DNA of 64,000 nucleotides from Mytilus edulis (Eukaryota): NCBI RefSeq assembly GCF_963676685.1, contig NC_092350.1, positions 57,226,001 to 57,290,000 of the forward strand, read 5' to 3'. Shown piece by piece: positions 50,330 to 63,791 of this stretch (position 1 is its first letter; each line of letters starts with the position of its first letter). The notes under the pieces were generated by a model. It saw only the letters and a program-made list of their open reading frames with translations, ran no database searches and was not told where the DNA came from. The position numbers and the translations under genes were made by a program.

Positions 50330-51318
50330 TTATTTTCAGTATTTATTTGACAGTAATAATTCTATATGTGTTGATCAATAATTCGTTCATATTTTTCTGG
50401 TAAATATGAATCAATATAAAAAATAAAAATCAAGTAATGCATTTTTATTAAATAGACGAAAATATAAACGAATTGATGAAGTGTAACTAATATTACTGGA
50501 GTCATCGGCTTAAGAAAAACATCCGATTCCTTTTCGATGAAATATTTGAATCACACAGTGAAACCTAAAGTATCCTCCTGTATTTGACCTCAATAAAAAC
50601 GGCCACATCAAAAAATAATTACACCAGCGATGTATGGATAACTTGATATGTAGTTCAAATCGACATCAACTTCTGATACTATTTAATGTCCACAGAAGCA
50701 ATTAAAGTTTAGTACAAACAAAGACATGTGTAGACTAGTTTCAAAACTTTGAAATTAACGGATATAAGTACAATAAAATCATAGGTAATGGTATGCCAGT
50801 TTGCTTCATGAAGTTCAGATCTTATCACTTAACTTCAATGTTTAATCACTCACACTTTTGTCATGGTCATGAAATTTGCTCGATTGCAAAGATATCCGTA
50901 ATTGACATATTCAACATACAAAAACAAACAAGTTCAGGACACCATGTTTCTATACAACTTACTCTACATGTTTCCTTGATTGAAAGGCAGCTTTTCAAAA
51001 CAATCACTGTATGTCAGTTACAATGTTTAAGACAAGTATTTGTTGATAAAACAATCCATGACAAAAAATTTAAACAGAAACTTCTTTAGAACCGTAATTA
51101 TCGAAACGAAGATGTGGTATGAGACAACTTTCCAATATGGAACAAATGACACAGAAATTAACAACTATAGGTCACCATACGGCCTTCAACAATGAACATA
51201 GCCAATACCACATAGTCAGCTTTAAAAGGACCCGAAATGACGATTGTAAATTTAAAATATACTCAATGTTTGATTCTTTTTAACTTTAAATTTCTATTGA
51301 GAAAAAAAAAAAAGAAGA

Positions 51319-53460
51319 ATGTATGTTTCTATCTGTTTAGTATCATGTCTGTTATTAATGTTCGTGGGAGGTAATTAACTAATCCGAATTCTTTTTTTGT
51401 TAATATTCCCAATTTGATGCATCAATTAATCTCATCAAAATTAAAGTCATCATAGATGCTAGGATTAAGTTTGTGTTAGCTAGACGCTCATTTCGCCCAC
51501 AAATGACTCACCTGTGGCACCCGAATCAACAAATGAAGAATGCAAAATAAGGTACAAAGTTGAAGAGCAGTGAAAAACCAACATTCGAACGTTTTTGTCA
51601 AATACAAACAAAGTTATCAAGATTCTTAGTATCTTTATTACTTTTAACAATGAATAAACCTGTATGTAAGCATGTACACCATACGTGTGTATTTTTGATA
51701 AATCGTCTCAACAGGGAAGTGAATACTACTGGACAAATGCGAGTTTTTTTCCTGATTCCTACTACAAAAATGAACCATATATGTCGAATTGTCACATCCT
51801 CGAAACACGCTCTCGTACATATATATCGTTATGATATAGACAGAGGCATGGATGAAAAGACTACAATAACCACCTACCTGAAATCAATTAGGTATCATTA
51901 CACATCTGTAATTAAAGTTTCGGATTTCAGCGTAACAGTCATTTTCACCTGATTTAACCTCTCTTCTAAATGAAACACAGTATGTGATGTCAGAAATTAA
52001 CATGTCTGAAATCTAAAAAAAAAACAATTTGTAATATCAAAAGAATAAGATATGAATATTGAAAAACTGACAATGCAGGTTATAACACGGACAGACGGCT
52101 AAAACAACAATATAACTTTTGTGTAGTATTCATTGCAAATTAAAATAATTTCAAATACAAATTGTTTTTACTTGTAATGAAATCATAACAGAGGAGTGTA
52201 TGTTAACTTTCAATATTTGCAATGCATATTTCCTAGAAAGATATTTGTTGCGATACCAAAAATATTACAAAAATATTTACTTCCAGGAAATATGGGAAAT
52301 GAAGAAATAATGCAGTTTAAGGAGTTGATCCATGAGTAAGTTGGTTTTAATATTTAAGGACTGGTAAACTTGTTATACCAATTTTAAACGATATACATTT
52401 TCTAATAACAAATAAATGACCAATTAGCCATTATTGCATTTATGATTCTATAAAGTCGAAAGACAGGATTTAATACACTCTATTGAGAGTAATTGATCGT
52501 ACACAGAAAATAATAAGAAATGCAACACTAAACTGTATTTATTAAAACAATAAAACTTCACAGAAATTGTTTGATTGATACATATAACATGCATAAACGA
52601 CAAAACGACAGTAAAACAAAATAGATGATAACACACAGAATCATTGGAGTTTAATTGGATAAAAGACGTATCCTAAATTGCTTAACAATTTAGTGTCCGA
52701 TTACATATGCATTACCGGTTAACATTACCGTACTAAGTAAATGATTTTCTAATACATATTAGTTTCGAATGAAAAAAGCATAATGTTTAAAGAATTTACA
52801 GGTAGACATATGTATAAACTTAAGAACCTGCTGTTTCTGTCTAAACTCATGGACCAAGTGTATGCTGCTTAATGTGTGTCAAGATCTCTAATCAGTAAAT
52901 TTCACGCACAAACTTTACATTTGATGATTACAGTGCATATGTGTATTTGGTCACATATCTCCAACATCAATTTGACATTCAAAACATGTATCTAATCACC
53001 ACATAATGGTATACAAATAAAGCCACATGATCAGATATTAGGAAGAAATTACTGATCATAAGTTATAACGAGGTTTAATCACGAATCATAGTAATGTGTA
53101 TAAAACAGCAAACTGAGTTGCTGGTGCAATATTGTTTTATTTACATCATGTTAAACTTGTACAACAATGTATAGTTGTAAATCACTCTATGAGAAGCTTT
53201 ATGATAAAAGATATATTTACGACCATTCATGTTTACATTTCTCTTCTTTTAGCCGTTTGAAAAGAGCTGCACTATGTGGGAATTACCACGATAAATGCCA
53301 GCATGATCGTCCGTGTTGTAAAAGCTATCACTGCGTTAAAGGAACATGCCTCCCTCTTTGTTATGCGCAACCTTGTAAACAGTTCATGGACTGCTGTAGA
53401 AATCATACATGCAGAAAAGGATTTTGCATTCCTAGAAATTGTATTGAAGGATTGTGTTAA
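51319..53460 (+). CDS. CRP-I: CRP-I-type precursor, locus F (102 aa; two full modules, third truncated by TAA; possibly a young pseudogene)
   Basis: Exons 51319-51370 (MYVSICLVSCLLLMFVG), 52287-52335 (GNMGNEEIMQFKELIH) and 53253-53460 (DRLKR|AALCGNYHDKCQHDRPCCKSYHCVKGTCLPLCYAQPCKQFMDCCRNHTCRKGFCIPRNCIEGLC*). All splice sites are canonical. Confidence 0.82.
51480..51620 (-). repeat. Degenerate relative of the retrozyme-like repeat in intron 2 of locus F
   Basis: The minus strand reads ...CAGGTGAGTCATTTGTGGGCGAAATGAGCGTCTA (decayed hammerhead core), and the flank resembles 8140-8220. Confidence 0.4.
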
Positions 53461-56219
53461 CAAAAATGTGACTGCTGTCAAATTAAGAACTCCTTTTGTT
53501 TTAAATCTAGCCGTTGAATAAGTTAAATCCAGATTAAGTACATGTATCAGCCAGTATATAGCTACTGACGTTAATACTTTAATGAATGGGTAACCTGTAT
53601 AAAACCTAAAAAGTAAATTTCAACTCAAAACGTTTTATTTTGAGGTTCTTTATTGAACAGATGTGCACAGGTATGGACGCATGAATATATTATCGTTCCT
53701 TTTTGTAATCCATGCCACTACCTCGGTCATAAACTTAATTACAAGTACCAATGACGTGAGTGTGACAAATATTGATTTACCACATGCTTCTTACAGTTAA
53801 TAAACACACAATTTAGCGGGATTATATATGTTGATAGCGCTCAACCGTCACATGAACATATTACTGTTTACTGTTTACTCATAGGTTTATATATATAGCA
53901 CACAATTTGTTACTCTCAACAGCAGGAACGATAAGGATGACCGATAAGTCTAAGAAGTGCAACTACTGTATCACAAACCTGTCGATATTATATTTTCTGA
54001 GTTCACACGTAAAATAGGAGGTGTGCATGTTTGAAGCATAACACCTATAATGATGTTGTAGTTTCGACAACTTTTCTATGTTGTGACAGTACTGTATAAT
54101 TGCACGATGTTTTACATAATTCGATTTTGGTATGATTACATGACACCATTTTTAGTTTATGCTCAAAAAGTCATAAGCGTTTGAAGAATCGAGTGATCAA
54201 AGTGTTTTTACATATCATGTAGTCGTTCAAAAATGTTGAAATAACTTTTCTAAAAATATACTTAGATTCTTTCCATTTTCGTTATATGGGAAAATCAATA
54301 TATAAACTATCTTTCAAGTTCTATTTTAACATCCCTCAGACAGCACAAAAACTTTTATTTTTCATGTGAAGAATCTCCGTACAATACGGCGTGTAACTGC
54401 ACTGAAGCACGAAATTTAGAAAATCTTGAACACAGGAACTTACAATTCCATTCACTGTTGGACAATGTAATGATTTTTCTATAAACAAACTTCATCGCGT
54501 GTTATTCCGCGCCAAAAAGAGGACTGTGTGCACTACTGAATTGACGCGTTTCAAAAATGATAAGTTATGTCTGTTTTCGTTTTTAAGTACCGACAAAACA
54601 AAGGTTAAACTATTTTGAAATAAAATTGAAAATTGAAATCGGGAATGTGTCAAAGATACAACAATCCTATCAAATAGCAGTGCACATTGCAAGGCAATAC
54701 TACCAAGTGGTCATCAACATAGCGAGAAATTCCCACAACCGGAGTTGAGCTCATATTTCTTTTACTTGTTAAATCAAAATGGACGGGACATTTAACTCCA
54801 AAACATGTGAATGAATTAAGATTAAAACAAAGCAAAAAAATCACACACAAACCCCAGCGGTTCCTGCCTTATTGGGACAGACGCAAACATGCCGCTTGAA
54901 AGAAACCATTTTTATTTAGATTTCGGCCGTCCCATATATACATAATATATGTAGTCAATATCCGAGCTCGATGTCAGAAAAGGTCAGAAGAAGATAAAAT
55001 AGCAAAATAACAATGGTTCATAGGAACAGTAAATTGGTTATCTTACAAATTTTAGTAAAACTTTTCAGATCAGTTTGGGGTCGTTTAATCAATCTGAAAA
55101 TCGAAAAAAAATAATAAATTAAGCACTATTATTTTCTGAAATATTATTGCTTGAATTATTTCAATATAGGTGAATAATTGTAAAGGTAGCACATGAAATC
55201 GACACAAAACTTAAACATTTCTACTGCATAGATTTACAATATTTATATATTCCAATATTGGTGTTACATAACATTCTGTTTTCATAATATTAAATAATTA
55301 TATTGTCACCGACTTCTTTTTTGATGTTTTATAAACTCTGTTACCGTGTCTATATTTAAAACAAACACATAAAAACGACGATTGAAGGTCTACAATGCGT
55401 TACTTTTATTTCGACGTGTTTGTGTATTTTCCCGTAAAAACAGAGTAGGTTACCCTTGTATTATTCTACATCTTTTTATTTTGTATTCATGACCTTACAC
55501 ATGGAAACATTTATATATGCATATTTCACTGTGACCTACCGATTTATACTTTTTACCGGATTTTTAATAACAGAAGCAACACGACGGGTGCCACCTGTGG
55601 AGCAGGATCTGCTTACCCTTCCATAGCACCTAAGATCAACTCCAGTTTTTGTTGGGTTAGTGTTGTTTTTAATTTAGTTTTCTATTTTGTGTCATCTGAA
55701 CTATTATTTGTCTGTTTGTCTGTTTATTTTTAGCCATTGCGTTGTCAGTTTATTTTTAATCTATGAGTTTGACTATCCTTCTGCTATCTTTCGTCCCTCT
55801 TTTATAGAAGAAGGCAAACAAAACAGAAAAAGGAAGACATTTAAGTATATATGATTAAGGCAAATACACCAGATATTAGATGCATTGTATATCATAGTAC
55901 ATGTAGTATGTGGTAATGGACATGTTCATAGTTAATGGTTGTTTAGTGACCTATAGTTGTTGACATCGATGACTATTCGATTTTGATTTTTTTCTCATAG
56001 ACAACTATGAGTCATATTTTAAAATATTCCACATATATTACAATCAATTCAAATATTTGTCTACTCCTTTTTATGTTTTCCATTCTTTTTTATTATTGTA
56101 TTACACATTTTCATCAACACTCTACTGTTGCCTGACTTTATATGAAAATATATACCCTTACATTTATATACATTAAATATATTTGGTCTGTCGCTCCTGG
56201 CTTGATATATACATGTACT

Positions 56220-58558
56220 TTATTTCGATCTACGTGTGCATTTCTTATTAATGCATTTATCTCCTCTACAGCACTGAGTCATTCTTGTACAACGTCTACC
56301 TTCACATACTCTGCAGTATCCGTATACTCAGCAGTCACGAGTGGTTCTGCAAAGCATTGTGTTTCAAGTTGTAATATTTTTAGGCTACACGATTCTTTAA
56401 CGCATCTTTAATTTTTACAGCAGTCATGTTTTTTCTTGCATGCTCTGTTATTACATACAGTTTTGCATGATCCTTTAACACAGATGAAATTTTTACAACT
56501 GTCAAGACTGTATTCGCAAGATCTATTTATACACTTAGGCTTGCATGATCTTTTAACGCAGCTTAAGTTTTTACAACAGTCAAGTCTTTTTTTGCACAAT
56601 CCTTTACTACATTTCGGTCTGCATGATCCTTTAACGCATCTAAACATTTTACAACAGGGTCGATGCTTGCAATTAACTCCATTACTTCTACATGGTGCAG
56701 TTCTTTTTACAAGGCTAAAAAAACAAAATGTGGTGTTTTTTTTTTATTTGGCTTGATTTTTGTTCTAAGGGATATTTTGCCATTTTATTTTTTCATCTGT
56801 TAATTCTGCGACAAGTGAAGCTTGTGATACTATAAGTTATCTACGTTCATATCCGTAGATATGGATATTTAACACCCTGAAGTATACAAGTACACCCTGA
56901 GGCGCAGCCGAAGGGTGTGCAGGGTACTGAAGGGTGATAAAATATCCATCTGAACGGATATGAACGTAGATAACGAATTTAACTCCGATATAAGTCTAAA
57001 TCTGGCGATTTATAGAGAAATTCGAACACAAAGTTTAACGTGAAAGTAACGTGTTTTCCATTTTTGAAATATCTTTTATTGAAATTTGGGATTTAGAAAG
57101 TGAAATGATTTTTGTGCTCAAAGTCGTGAGAGTTACATCAGACAGTGTGACGCCAACGTGGGTCATTTGCATAGCTAGGTCAGTTGTCCCATTCATTGAC
57201 CAAGTGGCAGAATAGTGATGCATTTACTAAAATGAGTGCAAATAATCGACATAGTAAGATAAAATCGTAAGTGGATTAAGTATCTAATTATACAGAAATC
57301 ATGGATTATCTACAGAATTCGATATTTTATAAGGAACAACCATGAAACTAAGGAAAACGCGCGTGAATTTCCCCGATGTAATGGATAGAAACGTCCGGGG
57401 AATTGGTTTAGCAACACTCAGGCGCTTTGGGTTTTGTAACGGCGTGCATTAACCAATCAAACTCCTAGAAATATACTAAGCCGGGGATAAAAAAATATAT
57501 TGCGTCCTCAACTCATCATTTTGATCAATACAACTAATAATAACTTCGATTATAGAAATATCTCTCCTAAGAAATCATACCTTTTCCCTTTGTTCGTAAT
57601 ATGTAATTCATTCAGAAAAGTGAAAAGAATGTATTTATAAAACGTAGTTTGTTTAGCTGGGTTTTTTTATTTTTATTATTTAACTCATATTTAAAAAAAA
57701 AAAAAAAACTTAAATTAGACAGGTCTAAATTTAAAAAATAAAATTTCAGATTTTAATTTGTGGAACGGTATAAAATACATGCATGTACAACACAGTTGAT
57801 GTATTTTAATAATGTTTAGAAGGAACATTTATATATTTTGTATACACGTATCAATATTACTTGTCTCTTTCGAAGGAACACTCGTGTTCATTGGTAGCAA
57901 TAAGGTAATAAAGTTGATAGATTTTAAATCCAACTTACTACTTGATCAGTTCATTCTCCTGTATCATTTTATCATTTGTCATGTTTTCTGGAAGTACATA
58001 CACTGTTTATTTCAGTATAAATATAATATTTCTAAAGACATACACCAGGAAAATATTGAAAATGAACAGACACTCTTCTGTTATGATTTGATTACACAAA
58101 CAAATAGCCATATTTTAATAAGTGTTTGCGCATTCAAAGAAAATAAATATACATCTTATATGTAGGTGAAATATCTGGGTACGATGTAAGATTAATTTTC
58201 AGGAAACAAGGTTATGCACACGTCGAACAGCCTTTTTGATGCGGCATTTCGAGGGGAAAATGCACTGTTTTTATACAAGTTGAAAAATTTAGTTCTTTAC
58301 ATACATAAAAAACTCAATACTGAATTGTATAACTACCCGTCAATCAAACGTATCATTTAAATAAATAAAAATTATGCAAACGCTTATATTTGGTTTGATA
58401 TTATGTATCACAAATATATTATTTTGATAATCAGACAAAAATCTGTCATTTTCAGCAACAAACTATAAAACACAACAAGTTAGGATTTTGATAAGTTCAT
58501 TACCTCTAACGATCATTAAAACAAACTGACGAACAAAACAATGGAAACCTGTGTGTAT
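56220..58558 (-). pseudogene. CRP-I: CRP-I pseudogene, locus G (remnant of a six-module gene)
   Basis: Signal exon (~58558-58504) lacks ATG and is frameshifted. Pro exon 57987-57939 is intact (NMTNDKMIQENELIK). Last exon from 56714 (LVKR|TAPCRSNGVNCKHRPCCKMFRC...) has CC>SC in module 3, TAA at 56410-56408, a frameshift and two TGA. The likely original stop is at 56222-56220. Confidence 0.87.
56836..57490. mobile_element. Hairpin-headed non-autonomous element in intron 3 of locus G
   Basis: ~140-bp inverted repeat 56836-56974 centred on GAGGCGCAGCCGA, then TTTAACTCCG paired imperfectly with CGGGGATAA (57482-57490). Confidence 0.65.
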
Positions 58559-58992
58559 CTTCGTGTATCTCTTCTTTGCAATACACTATAAAAAATATAT
58601 ACTTTTTTCTAAAATATTTGATGTTTTCATGATTGAATATTCCCGTTTTTGAAATGAAGACGACGATTTCAAGCAAGCTGTCTGTTTTGATTATTTTCGC
58701 CCTATTGTTATACTAATTGTGGATGGTTTTATTCTCTGAAACTGACATACAATGATCGCGGTGAAATCTGCCTATTATTCAAATAAATAAAGATATGTTG
58801 TACCGAAAAGTATTTTTTAGACGGAAAATGAATGAACTTCCTTTTGCATTTTGTACATGTCAGACATTAAAAGTTTTCTATTCGTCCCAATTTGTCAATT
58901 TAAGGAACCAGAAAATTAGTTCAGGGATTAAACCTGCAATATTTCAAAGTTAACACCATGAAAAGAATACATTTTCATGACGCAAATTCAAC

Positions 58993-59552
58993 TTAAGGGG
59001 GCTCGTGGGTATATATATTTTTTTTAATATAGGATTTCGCTATATTTTTCTATAAAGGAACTTTATCATATGCTTAATAGAAAAATGAAATAAAAAATGG
59101 GGTTACCGCTCATTTAAGCTCACAATCTTTATCCGAAAGAAGCATACATTTTTGTTCTTTTTTTCTGTTGAACTATAAATAAGAGAAAAACAGGTAATAT
59201 CGAAAGAAAAAGTAAATTACACAAATCGCTTAAATGTTTCAATAGTTTAGTTCAAATACAACTTATTTGAAAAAATAATATAACAAATATTGGTCACCGA
59301 TGAGTAAAAAAAAAGATATTTCAATTTTAATGCCAAAAAATGGCATTTTGCACCAAAGTGAGATAATTTAGAGCTTTTGCAATGATATATACATTTTAAA
59401 AGTCACCTGGGGCCAAAACAAATTGATCTTGTTGGGTTGATTATTGAACCATATCATAAAGTAACAAACAATAGTGTAAAAACTAAAATTTATAATGAAA
59501 AACAAAAATATGTAAATAAATTCTGAAATTTTGTACCCTCGAGCCTCCTTAG
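58993..59552. mobile_element. TTAA-type MITE in intron 1 of locus G
   Basis: TTAAGGGGGCTCGTGGGTA ... TACCCTCGAGCCTCCTTAG termini. Confidence 0.7.
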
Positions 59553-60110
59553 ATCAATCGTTTTATATCGTTTGGAATAAGTCAGACAATTACTTGGTTG
59601 GTACTGTAGTTGAATCCTCTAACAGTACAGTAGAATAAGTAGGCCCACATTTATAACGAATATTGTTGAGGTCATGTCGTTTTCCTTACTGTTCTAGAAT
59701 TTGACTTTATAGTAAAGGAAAACTCAAAGAGGCACTTCAGATAATATATAATAAACTATTCATTTGAATATTTTATCGTAAAAAATCGGATAGTCATTGG
59801 TGCAAGTGAAACATAGTTACAGACATTACATTCGTTGAAAGATTCGTAAATCACTTTGTTTCGAATTTTTGCATTGATTAATTGTTATAGCTACTGTATA
59901 TATATTGATAACTGCTGGTGACGCACCATATTTTACACGATTTTATGAATTCATACAAAAATTATATGCTACAAATGAAAATGAAGATATGTATGATTGC
60001 CAATGAGACAACTCTGAACAAGAAACCAAATGACACAGAAATTAACAAATTTAGGTGACCGTACGCCCATCAACAATGAGCAAAGCCTATACTGCATAGT
60101 CAACTTTAAA

Positions 60111-60270
60111 ATTACCCATGTCTTTTATAGCTTAGTAATGAAGTCTTCTATCTGAATATCTGTAAATTTTCGAGTTTTTATAAAAAAAAATTGACGTAAA
60201 TGCTATTTTACATCTGTGAAAACGTAGTTCTAGCAACATCCTGCTGTATGCTTGTACACCCTTTCACGGT
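60111..60270 (-). promoter_or_regulatory. Promoter/exon 1 remnant of locus G
   Basis: TATAAAA 60182-60176, GTAAT donor near 60115, and upstream motif CCGTGAAAGGGTGTACAA as in B and C. Confidence 0.55.
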
Positions 60271-62108
60271 TAATGGTTCAACACACGAATAACAAGCAAT
60301 AGTGCCTTTTATTAATTAAAAGAATCACATTCCATTCGTTATATCATTGTTTGTTTACAACATGCAAGTTCAAAAGGGTTCCAAAATTCCCCCGTCATAA
60401 TTCTCAGCTAAGGTAAACCCCCTCACCGAGAAAAATATCAAACTGATTATTCTGCTGTTGTTTATACCTTAGATAGAATTTCACAACGTCTGTTTTCTAT
60501 ATCCTCCTGTTGAAATGTTTGTCTCAGTTGGATATTTACACTTTTTGTAAGTTTTGCAATGGAATGGCTTTTCTCATGTTGGAGTTTCCGTTCACACGGA
60601 TTTTCCCCTCAAATGCACACGTCCTTGTTTTTACCAATTTTTGTCTACAAAATGCTATTGTGTCTACACTTTATTCGTTGAAGACGCTAAAATTCTATTC
60701 AAGGTTGCAAAATAATAAAATGCATCTATGAGCATTTAAAAACCTTGTACGATCTAATTTTCAGCTCAGACAAACACCCTAACCTAGATTATTTTAGATT
60801 CAATATAAAAAAAGAAGAGTGGCATGATGGCCAATGAGACAACTGTCCACAAGAGACCAACATGGCACAGACATTAACAACTATAGGTCACTGTACGGCC
60901 TTCAACAATGATCAAATTCCATACCGCATAGTCAGCTATAAAAGGCCCCGACATGACAATGTAAAACATTTCAAACGAGAAAACTAACGGCCTTATTTAT
61001 ATAAAAAAAGACATGAACGAAAAACAAATATATAACACATAAACAAAATACAACCACTGAATTACAGGCTCCTGACTTGGGACAGGCACATACATAAATA
61101 ATGTGGCGGGGTTAAACATGTCAAACCGATTTAACTACTTTTGATTTTACATCACCAATATCTCTTTTATATGATCTGGGTAAAACAAATGTCCAGGTTT
61201 GTCACTATGCAGTTAAACCAATGTCCACGTTCGTTATCTCGTTTGAATTACTTATTTATTTGGCTATCAAGTGTTTGTCTAGCGTAGACTACGGTAAGGG
61301 ATTCGCTCAGTTTGTGACTTATTGTTGTTTAGACCTCTTCTTTACAACAATTCAGAATAGGTTTTTTTTTATTGACAATTATACTACATCTTGTTTTATA
61401 TTCATAATACTCAACGTCAATGATTGTGGAATATTTAGCTTCTCATGTTCCTTATCATATCTAATTTTAGTCTCTTTATTGTATTTAATATCTTCGATTA
61501 AGACCAGGAGTGCATAAAATTTAAAGCTTTCAATGAAAATAATGAAATAACAAATCAACGGCATGCATCTGAAAATTTGATTTTTGTATGTATGGTGCCT
61601 GTTTCAATGTTTTGTATTATGTTCAAATTAATAATCTCAATAAAATTTCCAGTTCACACTTCTTATTTAACAATTTACTAAATCTGAAAGTAAATAGCAA
61701 TATTCAAATGCATTCATTTTACTTGTTAAACAAACTATTTAATTCTTTGGTCTGTTCTTGAAAGTGTTGTATAAAACTTGCTGTGTTTATTAGTCGATGG
61801 TTCTTTTTCTCGGTTGACAGTGCTTTGTATTTAAAAAAAGAATCTATCTTAATTTACAACTTGTCATTCGATTATAAGGGAATCGCTTAACTCAACAATG
61901 AAAATAACCGGGTATTTTAATAACTGTGCAACATCAAATTTAAACCAATGTTTATAAGAAACAATGTCTATCTGAATTCCATAGTATACCCTCTCTTGAA
62001 TAAGGGAGTTAAAGTAAAGTATTTCAGTACTCATATTTATTTTTGTACTGTGGATTAATTATTATTCGTTGGATACCAATTTTTCGCGGATTTTGTTGGA
62101 ACAGGTTA

Positions 62109-63791
62109 AGCCCCAGTCCCACTAGACCACGATCGCACCACGCTCACCGCGATCTAAAATAAATTTAGATCGTGGTGAGGTCGCGGTATGAGCGGCATGA
62201 AAATGTTAATTTTCGTTGCTTTCACGATGCTACTACGTCCTAATTACGCTTCTACAACGATCCCGCTACGATTAAACCACGTTCTCACCGCGCTTATTCT
62301 GCGACCTCACTACGCTTATAAAGATCTTTCTACGCTCTTCACGTTCTCACTAGGACCATACCACGAGTTATCCGATTGCAACACGATCTTACTGCGATTA
62401 TAGCACGTTCTTACCACGATTATACTACGTTCATACCGCGATCTTACTCCGTTCTCAGCAATACCGTCAATATCGTCTTTCATATCAATATAGTTCCATT
62501 CCTTCTATTTCTGATTAAAACGGAGATTTCTCGGAAACAATACATTCATGATACCAAAATCTACTAGAACACGTGGGCGTGGTGGTAGGGGTTGATGTAG
62601 AGGCAGAGGGAGCAAAGTATGAACGCCATACTAAACTCCAAATAGTACACAAGAAACTAAAATTAAAAATAGTACAAGACTAACAAAGGCCAGAGGCTCC
62701 TGACTTGGGACAGGCGCAAAAATAGAGTCTGATGTCAGAAGATGTGACTAAAGAAAATAAACAAAATGACAATAATACATAAATAACAACAGACTACTAG
62801 CAGTTAACTGACATGCCAGCTCCAGACTTCAATTAAACTGATACTATACACATAAGTAGTATAATACTTGTCATCAAGAGATGTCGGAACGACCAATCAA
62901 ACCTAAATTACAACCTATTGCTGGTCCATGAAGCTCAAATGACGATATTTTAGTGAACGATAGCAGAGATGACACAGATGTGTCAATATATGTAGGAAGA
63001 TGTGGTATGAGTGCCAATGAGACAACTCTCCATCAATGTAAAAATCTATAAAAGTAAACCATTATAGGCCAAAGTACGGCCTTCAATACGGAGCCTTGGC
63101 TCACACCGAACAGCACGCTATAAAGGGCCCAAAAAATACTAATGTTAAACCATTTAAACGGGAAAAACCAACGGTCTATTCTATATAAAAACGAGAATCA
63201 TGGTTGAGCCGTTAGAGCAAATGGATAAATACATTCACACAAACAAAATCTAGGGAGTTTTTTAATATATTTTATGTGAAAATGACAATAAAAATGATGG
63301 TCGTAGTGTGAACGTAGTAAGGTCGGGAGAAGAGCGGGATGAGGACGGCAAGGGCGTGCTAGAATCGTACTATGGTCGTGAACAGCGTGGTAAAGTCGTA
63401 GTGGAAACGTAGTTGGGTCGCGGTGAGAACGTGATGGTCGTAGTAAGGTCGTGATAACGTCGCTGTGAGATCGTAGCGCAATTTCTCCGAATAGAATCAC
63501 GCTTTCGTTACGCTCTCGCTACGATTGTACAGCGACCTTTGCGATCTTACTACGATCTTAGTGCGCTCTCACTACGCTCTCACTACGCTTCCACTACGAC
63601 CTAATTTTGCCACGACCGCACCACGATTGTTTTGAACATGTTCAAAGTTGGCCACGCTCTTCACGATCTTGAAGACCTCACCACGACCGTGGTACGACCT
63701 TACTGCGACCTACAGATTCGTACCACGATCATCAAAATTTGCATTTTTTTCACAGATCGTAGTGCGATCGTGGACTAGTGGGACTAGGGTA
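62109..63791. mobile_element. Non-autonomous PIF/Harbinger-like element with TTA target duplication and nested repeats
   Basis: TIRs CCCCAGTCCCACTAGACCACGATCGCACCACG / CGTAGTGCGATCGTGGACTAGTGGGACTAGGG; TTA at 62106-62108 and 63792-63794; ACGAT-rich subterminal arms. Confidence 0.8.

Noticed and set aside
53515-56366. Selenocysteine recoding of TGA codons at Cys positions in F and G
   Set aside because: All lie downstream of TAA stops or frameshifts, TGY>TGA is a single substitution, and no SECIS was recognised.
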